A stretch of 64,000 nt of DNA from Candidatus Latescibacterota bacterium (lineage in GTDB: Bacteria; Latescibacterota; UBA2968; GCA-2709665), in assembly GCA_965248435.1 (NCBI GenBank), contig OZ252100.1, positions 3,744,001-3,808,000 on the forward strand, given 5' to 3'. This document shows positions 30,117 to 39,469 of this stretch, piece by piece (within the stretch, counting starts at the first letter, position 1; each line of letters begins with the position of its first letter). Below the pieces are notes generated by a model. The model was not told the DNA's origin, ran no database searches, and was given only the letters and a program-made list of their open reading frames with translations. Both the position numbers and the translations under genes were made by a program.

Positions 30117-32585
30117 ATGTCAAAGACAGAGGGCCTCAAGCTGAGACTCCGTCACCTGGACTACCTGTGTCAGGTCCTCGAATTCGACTGGCCGGGAGGC
30201 GTGAGGGCAGACACGGTTTCAGCGACCGTCACGGTCACCCAGCCCTACGGGTTCGAGCAGAAGCTGACGTCTCAGGCGCTGCGTCGCGACGGCCGTGGCG
30301 AGGTGGAGATCGTCTATCCCCTGATCGATGACGGGCGTTTTGCCCCGGTGCGAAAATTCGGGCCCTGGAAGATGGGGCGATACCGGTTCGAGCTGAACCT
30401 GAAGGCGGGGCGGCGGGTGGTCGGCCGGGGCGCGCTGAACGTGGACCCCAACGCATTCTTCGGGGAGATCGGAGGACAGAAGCTGGCGCAGGTGGACTCG
30501 CTCCGACAGTTCATCGAATGTTGCACGGAGCGTGCTGTGTTTATCGATCACGAGGAGGTCGGGTTCACGATTCGGACGATCCCGGAACGGGTCAAGACGT
30601 GCACCGTCGAGGTGGACGTGGTGAGGGCGAAGGACGGGGTGAGGAAGGCGGGACCGATCCGACTCAATCTTGACAGAAAAATCAAGAAGAAACGCTTCGA
30701 CGGGGCGGGCTGGTCTCCGGGAGAGTACTGGCTGCGGGTGCGGGCGATTCGGAATGCCCAGCCAGCCGGGCCCTACATGGTGCGGCAGTTCTGGATGGAG
30801 CGGCCGTTTCGGCCGAAGGAGCCGGAACTCCCGCAGCGGCCGGGAGATCGACCCCAGCTTCTGGTGGACGGGTGGATCTTCTCTTCTTCGAAGGGGCTGC
30901 GTCACGAACCGGATCAGCTGGAGCGGCTGTCTGACGGCCCGGTGTTCGAGCTGGACCGGCCGTGGGAGGTCGGCCCTAGGGGCGCGGGGATCTCCTCGTT
31001 CTCGTGGGATGAGGAGGCAAAGCAGTTTCGCGTCACCTACACTTCCGGACCAATTCCGGATGACCCGAGGCTGTGGAAGATCGGGGTGGCCTCAGGTCTG
31101 ACCCAGTTCTCGACGCGCTACATCTGTCTGGCTGTCTCAGGGGACGGCGTGCACTGGGAGAAGCCGGAACTCGGCATCGTGGAGTACAACGGGTCGAAAC
31201 GGAACAACATCCTGAGGGACACCGCCGGAGAGGGATACCTGCTGTCGGGCGAATACGACAGCTACCCGGTTCCGGTGAAGGAGCGTCCGCTGCCCAGAAA
31301 ATATCGCTACCGTTTTTACGACGCCAAAAGGGACGGCCCGGTAGACATGGACAACTTCGCCTTCCGGGTTTTCATGGAGCGGAGCTGGGAACCGGACGAC
31401 CAGCGTGAAGGGGGGTTCAGGCCACAGGACCGCACTTTCTACGGCATGGAACGCCGGGGCGACCTCTTCCTGGTGCTCTCGCGGAGGCCGGTGCTCTACG
31501 GGGGGCGCGGCATGAACCTGCGGCACACGACGGAGCGGGCGTCCACGTATCCCTTCGAGGGGGAACCGGCGGCCCTCTTCAGGACGGTCGGAGGCGGATC
31601 CACGTCGAACTACTACCACAGGAAATCGAAGACGTTTTACTATTACTTCCGGCCGGACTGCCCGCCTTATCCGCCGAACGGGCTGCCCTATTACCTCTGG
31701 CACCAGAATATCGCTGCCCTCCGCACGCGCGCGGTCCTGTGGACGCAGGACGGCTTCAACTGGGGGCGGCGGCACATGGCGGTCCCGGACGAATACGACG
31801 CCCCGGGAACGACCCTCTACGGGTTCGGACATCTGGCCCCGTGGGGACGTCACGAGATGGATCCGGAGGGGCAGCTTGACCTCGGGGCCCTCCTCTACTG
31901 GGACCTGGCGACTCAGCTGAATCGACAGGAGATGATGTGGAGCAGAGATCGAATTCACTGGCACCGGTTCGGAGAGAACAGACGGCCCTTGCTTCCCGGG
32001 GGACCGCCGGGCAGCTGGGACATCGACGTCGGGGGAGTCGGCCATTTCCATCCCGTGACGAATGCGCAGGGCGAAGAGGAGTGGTGGTTCAACTATGGGG
32101 GAAAGAACTCCAGGTACATGCTGAGCGGCCACAAGGGTGCCGACACGCTGGAGGCATTCAAGAAGGCCTATCCCTACTTCGAGCTGTCGCCGTTTTTCAC
32201 GAGCTGGGAAGACTTCTACGAAGAGACGAAGCGCTCTGCGTCGCGCCCGGGCCTTGCGCGGTGCAAGGCGTGGCGGCTGGCCCACGTGGAGCCCGAGAAA
32301 TCCCGTGGTGAGTTCACGACGCGGCCGATGGTGGCCGAGGGCGCCCGATTGCTTATCAACACGGCGACGGAGGGAGGCGGCAGTGTCCGTGTGGAGGTCC
32401 AGGATGCGGAGGGGAATGTCTTTCCCGAACTGGCCCTGGAGGACTGCGTGCCGTTCAGCGGTGACCGGGTCGCGCACGAGGTGAGGTGGAAGCGGGCCCG
32501 GTTCGAGGAGGTGAATCGCCGGGTGATCAGGCTTCGGGTGGCCCTGGAGGGGGCCAGGATGTATACGTTCACGATGACAGCGTGA
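30117..32585 (+). CDS. uncharacterised ~820-aa protein with GH32/GH43-like propeller motifs, paralog 1
   Basis: CLAVSGDGVHWEKPELG, WSRD.IHW, C-terminal GEFTTRP...GGSVRVEV domain; SD aggag. Confidence 0.7.
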   Translation: MSKTEGLKLRLRHLDYLCQVLEFDWPGGVRADTVSATVTVTQPYGFEQKLTSQALRRDGRGEVEIVYPLIDDGRFAPVRKFGPWKMGRYRFELNLKAGRRVVGRGALNVDPNAFFGEIGGQKLAQVDSLRQFIECCTERAVFIDHEEVGFTIRTIPERVKTCTVEVDVVRAKDGVRKAGPIRLNLDRKIKKKRFDGAGWSPGEYWLRVRAIRNAQPAGPYMVRQFWMERPFRPKEPELPQRPGDRPQLLVDGWIFSSSKGLRHEPDQLERLSDGPVFELDRPWEVGPRGAGISSFSWDEEAKQFRVTYTSGPIPDDPRLWKIGVASGLTQFSTRYICLAVSGDGVHWEKPELGIVEYNGSKRNNILRDTAGEGYLLSGEYDSYPVPVKERPLPRKYRYRFYDAKRDGPVDMDNFAFRVFMERSWEPDDQREGGFRPQDRTFYGMERRGDLFLVLSRRPVLYGGRGMNLRHTTERASTYPFEGEPAALFRTVGGGSTSNYYHRKSKTFYYYFRPDCPPYPPNGLPYYLWHQNIAALRTRAVLWTQDGFNWGRRHMAVPDEYDAPGTTLYGFGHLAPWGRHEMDPEGQLDLGALLYWDLATQLNRQEMMWSRDRIHWHRFGENRRPLLPGGPPGSWDIDVGGVGHFHPVTNAQGEEEWWFNYGGKNSRYMLSGHKGADTLEAFKKAYPYFELSPFFTSWEDFYEETKRSASRPGLARCKAWRLAHVEPEKSRGEFTTRPMVAEGARLLINTATEGGGSVRVEVQDAEGNVFPELALEDCVPFSGDRVAHEVRWKRARFEEVNRRVIRLRVALEGARMYTFTMTA

Positions 32586-32724
32586 GAAGCGGGGCTTGGC
32601 CCGGGTACCGGGAAATCAAAACACGGGTACCGGGTACCGTAAAACCGGGGATCGTAGCGAGGAAGGTAGAAAAGTGATATTGATCTAGCTTTCTTGAAGA
32701 TGCGCATTGGATTGAATTATTAGC

Positions 32725-32782
32725 GAGTCCGACGCAGGAGGACTTCCCGCTCCTCCCAGCGCGGGAATTGATTCCCGCGCTG
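32725..32782. repeat. solo right end of TnpA-element family
   Basis: gagtccgacgcaggaggacttccc...cagcgcgggaattgattcccgcgctg. Confidence 0.85.
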
Positions 32783-32982
32783 GGGGGCCCCGGGGGATTG
32801 GTGCAGGGGCCCGTCCGGCGCGGGTTTTTTCGGTTGACGGTCTGATATTTGGGCCGTATCTTGCCCTTCGCTGACAGCCGCAAACGGCACGATCCAACGG
32901 CGGAGGAGAGGTCTTGATCTACGATGAGCCGCATGCATACGCAGTGCGGCTCTCAATATGTACAGGACGTTGAGGAGGAGGC

Positions 32983-33762
32983 ATGTCGTCCGATCGAATC
33001 CCGATTTCGAACCCCGTCAGGGAGCGGTTGAAGGCCGGTGAGCCGGTGTTCGGGTTCGGGGTGTGGGAATTCACGCGCCCTGCGGTCGTGAAGATCGCCG
33101 CGCAGGCCGGTTTCCACATGCTGATCCTGGAGGCAGAGCACGAACTGCACGACGAGGCCGACCTGACCGATTTCATCGTGACCGCCAACGACAACGGCCT
33201 CGTTGTGATGGTGAGCGCCCCGACGACAGAGCGGCACTTTATTTCGCGGATCCTGGATGCGGGCGCCCTGGCCCTGATGCTCCCGCACGCGGAGACGCCG
33301 GAACAGATCGAGACCGTGACTCGGTGGATGAAATATCCGCCGCTGGGCGAGCGCGCGGTGGTGTTCGGGCCCAACACGGACTTCGTCGTTCCGGACGTCG
33401 CCAGCTACTGCGAGCAGGCCAACGAGGCGACGATGCTCGTGCTCAAGATCGAATCCCGGAAGGGCATCGAGAACGCCGAAGCCATGTTCGATACGGGTTT
33501 TGTGGATGGAATCGTCTTCGGCCCGATGGACCTGTCCGTCGACTGGGGGGTGCCGGGCCAGACGGAGCATCCTGAGATCGTCGAGGCTGTGGAGAGCGTA
33601 TGCCGCGCGGCCCGGTCCCGCGGCATCCCGTTCGTGGGACACGCGGCGGATCGGGCCTCCTACAAAGCGGAGCGGGAACGGGGCGCCCAGATCTTCGGTA
33701 CGTTGAATGAGATGGAGCTGATACGGGAAGGTGCGCTCAGGTTTATGGAGATGGTCGAGTAG
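32983..33762 (+). CDS. HpcH/HpaI family aldolase (2-keto-3-deoxy sugar-acid aldolase-like)
   Basis: EAEH, ILDAGA, KYPPLGER, KIES, FGPMDLS. Confidence 0.88.
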   Translation: MSSDRIPISNPVRERLKAGEPVFGFGVWEFTRPAVVKIAAQAGFHMLILEAEHELHDEADLTDFIVTANDNGLVVMVSAPTTERHFISRILDAGALALMLPHAETPEQIETVTRWMKYPPLGERAVVFGPNTDFVVPDVASYCEQANEATMLVLKIESRKGIENAEAMFDTGFVDGIVFGPMDLSVDWGVPGQTEHPEIVEAVESVCRAARSRGIPFVGHAADRASYKAERERGAQIFGTLNEMELIREGALRFMEMVE

Positions 33763-34021
33763 ATTGCGGATTGCGGATTTGGGATTGTGGAATAAAACCG
33801 GGTACCGGGAAAGCAACACACGGGTACCGGGGATCGGGAAGACCAAAACCAGAAATCACCGCAGAGGGCCCTCACCCTGCCTCGCGGAGTTTATCCCGAG
33901 CCTGTCGAGGGCCTCCAAGAAAATTCAATATCCAATACAATCCAATGCACAATCACGGGATTGATTTCTCAGATACGGAACCGTGTCCATCATTGGCACG
34001 CGAACAGGAGGAATGCGGGAT

Positions 34022-36493
34022 ATGAATCGAGCGAAGCTGAGATTGAAACTGGAGTACCGCGATTACTTCAAACAGGCGCTCACCTTTAGCTGGCCAAAGG
34101 GGATCAAGTCCAAGTCGGTCGATGCGACGGTGCTGGTGACGCAGCCGTATGGGTTCGAGCAGAAGCTGACCGGCAAGGCGAAACGGGTGGGTGATCGTGG
34201 CGAGGTAGTGATTACCTATCCGCTGGTGGACGAAGGGCGGTATGGTCCGGGCCTGGCCACCGATTCCGAGGGGAGAGCGATGTGGGCCCTGGGTGGCTAC
34301 CGGTTCGACATGACGCTGAAGGCGGGCGGTAGGCGGGTGGGATCGGGTGTCCTGAGGCTGGACGCGAACGATTTCTTCGGGGAGATCGGCGGGATGAAGC
34401 TGGGGCAGGTGGACTCGCTCCGGCAGTTCATCGAGTGTTGTCCGGAGCGGGCAGCGTTTATCGACAAGACAGAGGTGGCCTTCACGATCCGGACGCTGCC
34501 GGATCGGGTGAAGAGCTGCTCGGTGAAAGTGGATGTGGTGAATCCGAAGGGCAAGCGGCTTGCCGGTCCCCTGAATCTGAAGCTGAGCGGCAAGGTGCGG
34601 CGGTGCACGTTCGACGGCGCAGGATGGGGTCGCGGGGAGTTCTGGCTCCGCGTGAGGGTCCAGCAGGGCAGCAAGGCGGTCGGGCCCTACCTGGTGCGCC
34701 AGATCAACATGGAGACACCGCACCGACCGAAGCGCCCGCTGAATCCGCTGAGAGTCGGGCAGATGCCTCAGTTGATGGTTGACGGCTGGATCTTCGGATC
34801 TTCCTCCGGGCTCGAGCACGCGCCTGACCAGCTGCAGCTCGTTTCAGACGGATCGATCGCGGTGCTGGACCGTCCCTGGGAGCAGGGTCCGGATCAGATG
34901 CAGATCAACTCCTTCTCGTATGACAAGGAGGCGGGGCAGTTTCGCGCCACCTATTACGCCGGTCCGCTTACCGAGGACGAACGGCTGTGGCGGATGGGCG
35001 TGAGATCGACGATCACGGCGTATTCGATCCGGTATCTGTGTCTCACGGTTTCGAACGATGGGGTGACGTGGGAGAAGCCGGATCTGGGCATCGTGGACTA
35101 CAAGGGATCGAAGAACAACAACATCCTTAGGGACAAGTCCCGCGAAGATTTTCTGTTGTCGGGAGAGTTCGACAGCTTTCCGGCGTTCGTGAAGGAACGG
35201 CCGTTTCCGAAGAAGTACCGCTACCGGTTCTACGATCCCAAGAAGGACGGACCGATAGATATGGACAACTTCGTGTTCCGGGTCTTCCTGAAGGCCAACA
35301 TGGAGCCGGCGAAGCAGTTCCTGGGTGGATTCAAACCGAAGCACCGGGAGTTCTGGGGCTTCGAGCGGCGAGGAGACACCTTCCTGGCGCTGACGCGCCG
35401 ACCGGTCCTGACCGGCGCGCGCGGCATGAAACTTACGTCTACGAACGAACGGGCCTCCACCTATCCGTTCGAGGGCGAGCCGTTCGCGCTGTTCCAGGCT
35501 GGCGGCCGGTCCACGGCCACGTTTTACGATCGGAAGAGCAAGACGTTCATCTACTACTACCGGCCGGACGCACCGGCCTATCCGCCCATGGGGCTGCCCT
35601 TCTACCTCTGGCACAGCGTGTCGGCCATCCGGACGCGCGCGGTGATGTGGACGCGGGATGGGTTCAACTGGGAGCGGCGTCATATGACCGTGCCGGACGA
35701 GCACGACCCGCCGGGTACGACGCTCTACGGGTTCGGTTTTCTGAGGCCGGAGGGGAGGGAGCCGAGCGACACGGACGGCCAGCTTCACCTGGGCGCACTG
35801 TTGAACTGGGACCTTTCGACGCAGCAGAACCGGCAGCATCTGATGTGGAGCCGGGACCTGATCCACTGGGGGAAGTTCGGGGCGAGCCGAAAACCGCTTC
35901 TGGAAAACGGGCCGATCGGGAGCTGGAATACGAGCACGAGCGGGCTGAACGAGTATACCTCGGTCACGAATTCCGACGGAGAAGAGGAGTGGTGGTTCAC
36001 GTTCGGCGGGACGAATAGCCGGTATATGCTTGGCGGGTACCTCACCGCCGATACCCTCGAGGACTTCAAGGAGAAGCTTCCCTACTTCGAACTGGCGCCC
36101 TTCTTCACGAGCTGGAAGGACTTCTTCGAAGAGACGAAGCAGCACCGTGTAGTGCCCGGTCTGGCGAAGTGCAAGGCGGGGAGGCTCGCGCACGTGGAAC
36201 CGAAAGGATCCAGAGGAGAGTTCACGACGCTGCCGCTCGTCGTGGAAGGAGGCCGCCTGCTGCTGAACGGTCAGACCGATCCGGGCGGCAGTATCCGCGT
36301 GGAGGTGCAGGATGCGGAGGGCAATGTGTTTCCGGAGCTGGGTCTGGATGACTGTATTCCGTTCTCGGGAGACCGGGTGGCGCACGAGGTGGGATGGAAG
36401 CGGGCGCGGCTGGAGGAGGTGAATCGGCGGGTTGTCAGGCTGCGAGTCGTACTTGAAGGGGCCAGGTTATACACATTTAGGATTGCATCGTGA
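34022..36493 (+). CDS. uncharacterised ~820-aa propeller-type protein, paralog 2
   Basis: Full-length similarity to 30117-32585; ATG 34022 after aggagg. Confidence 0.7.
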   Translation: MNRAKLRLKLEYRDYFKQALTFSWPKGIKSKSVDATVLVTQPYGFEQKLTGKAKRVGDRGEVVITYPLVDEGRYGPGLATDSEGRAMWALGGYRFDMTLKAGGRRVGSGVLRLDANDFFGEIGGMKLGQVDSLRQFIECCPERAAFIDKTEVAFTIRTLPDRVKSCSVKVDVVNPKGKRLAGPLNLKLSGKVRRCTFDGAGWGRGEFWLRVRVQQGSKAVGPYLVRQINMETPHRPKRPLNPLRVGQMPQLMVDGWIFGSSSGLEHAPDQLQLVSDGSIAVLDRPWEQGPDQMQINSFSYDKEAGQFRATYYAGPLTEDERLWRMGVRSTITAYSIRYLCLTVSNDGVTWEKPDLGIVDYKGSKNNNILRDKSREDFLLSGEFDSFPAFVKERPFPKKYRYRFYDPKKDGPIDMDNFVFRVFLKANMEPAKQFLGGFKPKHREFWGFERRGDTFLALTRRPVLTGARGMKLTSTNERASTYPFEGEPFALFQAGGRSTATFYDRKSKTFIYYYRPDAPAYPPMGLPFYLWHSVSAIRTRAVMWTRDGFNWERRHMTVPDEHDPPGTTLYGFGFLRPEGREPSDTDGQLHLGALLNWDLSTQQNRQHLMWSRDLIHWGKFGASRKPLLENGPIGSWNTSTSGLNEYTSVTNSDGEEEWWFTFGGTNSRYMLGGYLTADTLEDFKEKLPYFELAPFFTSWKDFFEETKQHRVVPGLAKCKAGRLAHVEPKGSRGEFTTLPLVVEGGRLLLNGQTDPGGSIRVEVQDAEGNVFPELGLDDCIPFSGDRVAHEVGWKRARLEEVNRRVVRLRVVLEGARLYTFRIAS

Positions 36494-36540
36494 GATGCAA
36501 GGCCTAGCGCGGGTACCGGGTACCGGGAAAGAAAAACACG

Positions 36541-36634
36541 GGCCCTCACCCTGCCTCGCGGAGTTTATCCTGAGCCTGCCGAAGGGCTCGGCATCCCTCT
36601 CCCATAAATGGGAGAGGGGCCGGGGGTGAGGGCC
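36541..36634. repeat. CCCTCACCC / CCCTCTCCC-GGGAGAGGG palindromic repeat (also 33866-33912 and 39251-39392)
   Basis: ggccctcaccc...ccctctcccataaatgggagaggg...gggtgagggcc. Confidence 0.85.
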
Positions 36635-36749
36635 ATTCAAAGAAAATAGAAATCCAATGCATAATATCCAATTATCACGGGGGATCAATGGGGGATTTCT
36701 CAGATGGGGGTGACCGTGCTCATCATTGATGTGAGGAGGAGGAAACGTT

Positions 36750-39203
36750 ATTAATCGATCGAAGCTGAGGCTGAAGCTGGAGTACAGGGATTACTTCAAG
36801 CAGGCGCTCACCTTCAGCTGGCCCGAGCGGATCAAGTCGAAGTCTGTCGACGCGACGGTTCTCGTAACGCAGCCCTACGGGTTCGAGCAGAAGCTGACCG
36901 GCAAGGCAAGACGGGTGGGTGATCGGGGCGAGGTGGTGATCACCTATCCGCTGGTGGACGAGGGGCGGTATGGTCCGGGCCTGGCCACCGATTCCGAGGG
37001 GAGACCGATGTGGGCGCTGGGTGGCTACCGGTTCGACCTGACGCTGAAGGCGGGCGGGAGGCGTGTGGGATCGGGTGTCCTGAGGCTGGACGCGAACGAT
37101 TTCTTCGGGGAGATCGGCGGGATGAAGCTGGGGCAGGTGGACTCACTCAGGCAGTTCATCGAGTGCTGCCCGGAACGGGCCGCGTTCATCGACAAGACAG
37201 AGGTGGCCTTCACGATCCGGACGCTGCCCGATCGGGTGAAGACGTGCTCGGTGAAAGTGGATGTGGTGAATCCAAAGGGCAAGCGGCTCGCCGGACCTCT
37301 CAGTCTGAAACTGAACGGCAAGGTGCGGCGGTGCACGTTCGACGGTGCGGGATGGGGTCGGGGGGAGTTCTGGCTTCGCGTGAGGGTGCAGCAGGGCAGC
37401 AAGGCGATCGGGCCTTACCTGGTGCGCCAGATCAACATGGAAACCCCGCACCGTCCGAAGCGCCCGCTGAATCCGCTGCGTGTCGGGCAGGTGCCTCAGT
37501 ACATGGTGGACGGATGGATCTTCGGGTCTTCCTCCGGGCTTCAGCACGCGCCCGACCAGCTGGAACTCGTTTCAGACGGACCGATCGCCGTGCTCGACCG
37601 CCCTTGGGAACAGGGTCCGGATCGGCTGCAAATCAACTCGTTCTCGTATGACAAAGAAGCGGGGCAATTTCGCGCGACGTACTACGCCGGTCCGTTGACC
37701 GAGGACGAGCGGCTGTGGCATGGGGGTGCGGCGTATCCGATCCGGTATCTGTGTCTCGCGGTTTCGAACGACGGGGTGACGTGGGAAAAGCCGGACCTGG
37801 GCATCGTGGACTACAAGGGATCGAAGAACAACAATATCCTGAGGGACAAGTCATACGAAGATTTTCTGTTGTCGGGAGAGTTCGACAGCTTCCCGGCGTT
37901 CGTGAAGGAACGTCCGCTTCCGAGCAAGTACCGCTACCGGTTCTACGATGCAAAGAAGGACGGCCCGATAGACATGGACAACTTCGTGTTCCGGGTCTTC
38001 CCAAAGGCGAACAAGGAGCCGGCGAAGCAGTTCACCGGCGGGTTCAGACCGAAGCGCCGGGAGTTCTGGGGCTTCGAGCGGCGGGGGGACACCTTCCTGG
38101 CGCTGACGCGACGGCCGGTCCTGACCGGCGCGCGCGGCATGAGGCTCACGTCTACGAACGAACGGGCCTCCACCTATCCGTTCGAAGGGGAACCGTGGGC
38201 GCTGTTCCAGGCCGTCGGCCGGTCCACGGCCACGTTTTACGATCGGAAGAGCAAGACGTTCATCTACTACTACCGGCCGGACGCGCCGGCCTATCCGCCT
38301 ATGGGGCTCCCGTACTACCTGTGGCACAGCGTGGCGGCCATCCGCACGCGCGCCGTGATGTGGACGCAGGACGGATTCAACTGGGACCGGCGTCACATGA
38401 CCGTACCCGACGAACACGACCCGCCAGGGACGACGCTCTACGGGTTCGGCTTCATAAGGCCGGAAGGGAGGGAGCCGAGCGACACAGACGGCCAGCTCCA
38501 CCTGGGCGCGCTGATGAACTGGGACCTTTCGACGCAGCGGACCCGACAGCACCTGATGTGGAGCCGGGACCTGATCCACTGGGAGAAGTTCGGAGCAAAT
38601 CGAAAACCGCTCCTGGAAAACGGGCCGATCGGGAGCTGGAATACGGGCTCGAACGAGCTGAATGAGTACAGTGCTGTCACGAATGCCGACGGCGAAGAGG
38701 AGTGGTGGTTCCCGTTCGGCGGGAGGAACAGTCGGTACATGCTGGGGTACCTCACCGCCGACACTGTGGAAGATTTCAAGGCCAAGTTTCCCTACTTCGA
38801 ACTGGCGCCCTTTTTCACGAGCTGGAAGGGCTTCTTCGAGGAGACGAAGCAGCACCGCGTGGTGCCCGGCCTGGCGAAGTGCAAGGCGGGCAGGATCGCG
38901 CACGTGGAACCGAAAGGATCCAGAGGAGAGTTCACGACCCTGCCGCTCGTCGTGGAAGGAGGCCGCCTGCTCCTGAACGGCCAGACCGATCCTGGCGGCA
39001 GTATCCGCGTGGAGGTGCAGGACGCGGAGGGCAATGTGTTTCCGGAGCTGGGCCTGGAGGACAGCATTCCGTTTGCGGGAGACCGGGTGGCGCACGAGGT
39101 GGGATGGAAGCGGGCGCGGCTGGAGGAGGTGAACCGGCGGGTCGTCAGGCTGAAGGTCGTACTTGAAGGGGCCAGGTTATACACATTTAGGATTGCATCG
39201 TGA
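36750..39203 (+). CDS. uncharacterised ~820-aa propeller-type protein, paralog 3 (ATT at the start position)
   Basis: Homology to paralog 2 extends upstream of 36915 to ATT 36750, preceded by ggaggagg. Confidence 0.7.
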   Translation: MNRSKLRLKLEYRDYFKQALTFSWPERIKSKSVDATVLVTQPYGFEQKLTGKARRVGDRGEVVITYPLVDEGRYGPGLATDSEGRPMWALGGYRFDLTLKAGGRRVGSGVLRLDANDFFGEIGGMKLGQVDSLRQFIECCPERAAFIDKTEVAFTIRTLPDRVKTCSVKVDVVNPKGKRLAGPLSLKLNGKVRRCTFDGAGWGRGEFWLRVRVQQGSKAIGPYLVRQINMETPHRPKRPLNPLRVGQVPQYMVDGWIFGSSSGLQHAPDQLELVSDGPIAVLDRPWEQGPDRLQINSFSYDKEAGQFRATYYAGPLTEDERLWHGGAAYPIRYLCLAVSNDGVTWEKPDLGIVDYKGSKNNNILRDKSYEDFLLSGEFDSFPAFVKERPLPSKYRYRFYDAKKDGPIDMDNFVFRVFPKANKEPAKQFTGGFRPKRREFWGFERRGDTFLALTRRPVLTGARGMRLTSTNERASTYPFEGEPWALFQAVGRSTATFYDRKSKTFIYYYRPDAPAYPPMGLPYYLWHSVAAIRTRAVMWTQDGFNWDRRHMTVPDEHDPPGTTLYGFGFIRPEGREPSDTDGQLHLGALMNWDLSTQRTRQHLMWSRDLIHWEKFGANRKPLLENGPIGSWNTGSNELNEYSAVTNADGEEEWWFPFGGRNSRYMLGYLTADTVEDFKAKFPYFELAPFFTSWKGFFEETKQHRVVPGLAKCKAGRIAHVEPKGSRGEFTTLPLVVEGGRLLLNGQTDPGGSIRVEVQDAEGNVFPELGLEDSIPFAGDRVAHEVGWKRARLEEVNRRVVRLKVVLEGARLYTFRIAS

Positions 39204-39469
39204 GATGCAAGGCCTAGCGCGGGTACCGGGTACCGGGAAAGAAAAACACGGGCCCTCACCCTGCCTCGCGGAGTTTATCCTGAGCCTGCCGAAGGGCTCG
39301 GCATCCCTCTCCCATAAATGGGAGAGGGACAAACAAATCGCATCACCATCCCCCCTCTCCCACGTGTGGGAGAGGGGCCGGGGGTGAGGGCCTTCACGGG
39401 TGAACCTTGTGTTCGCCCGCACAAATCATTCACCGAAGTACAGTTCTAAGATTACGTGAGGAGCTGAAC

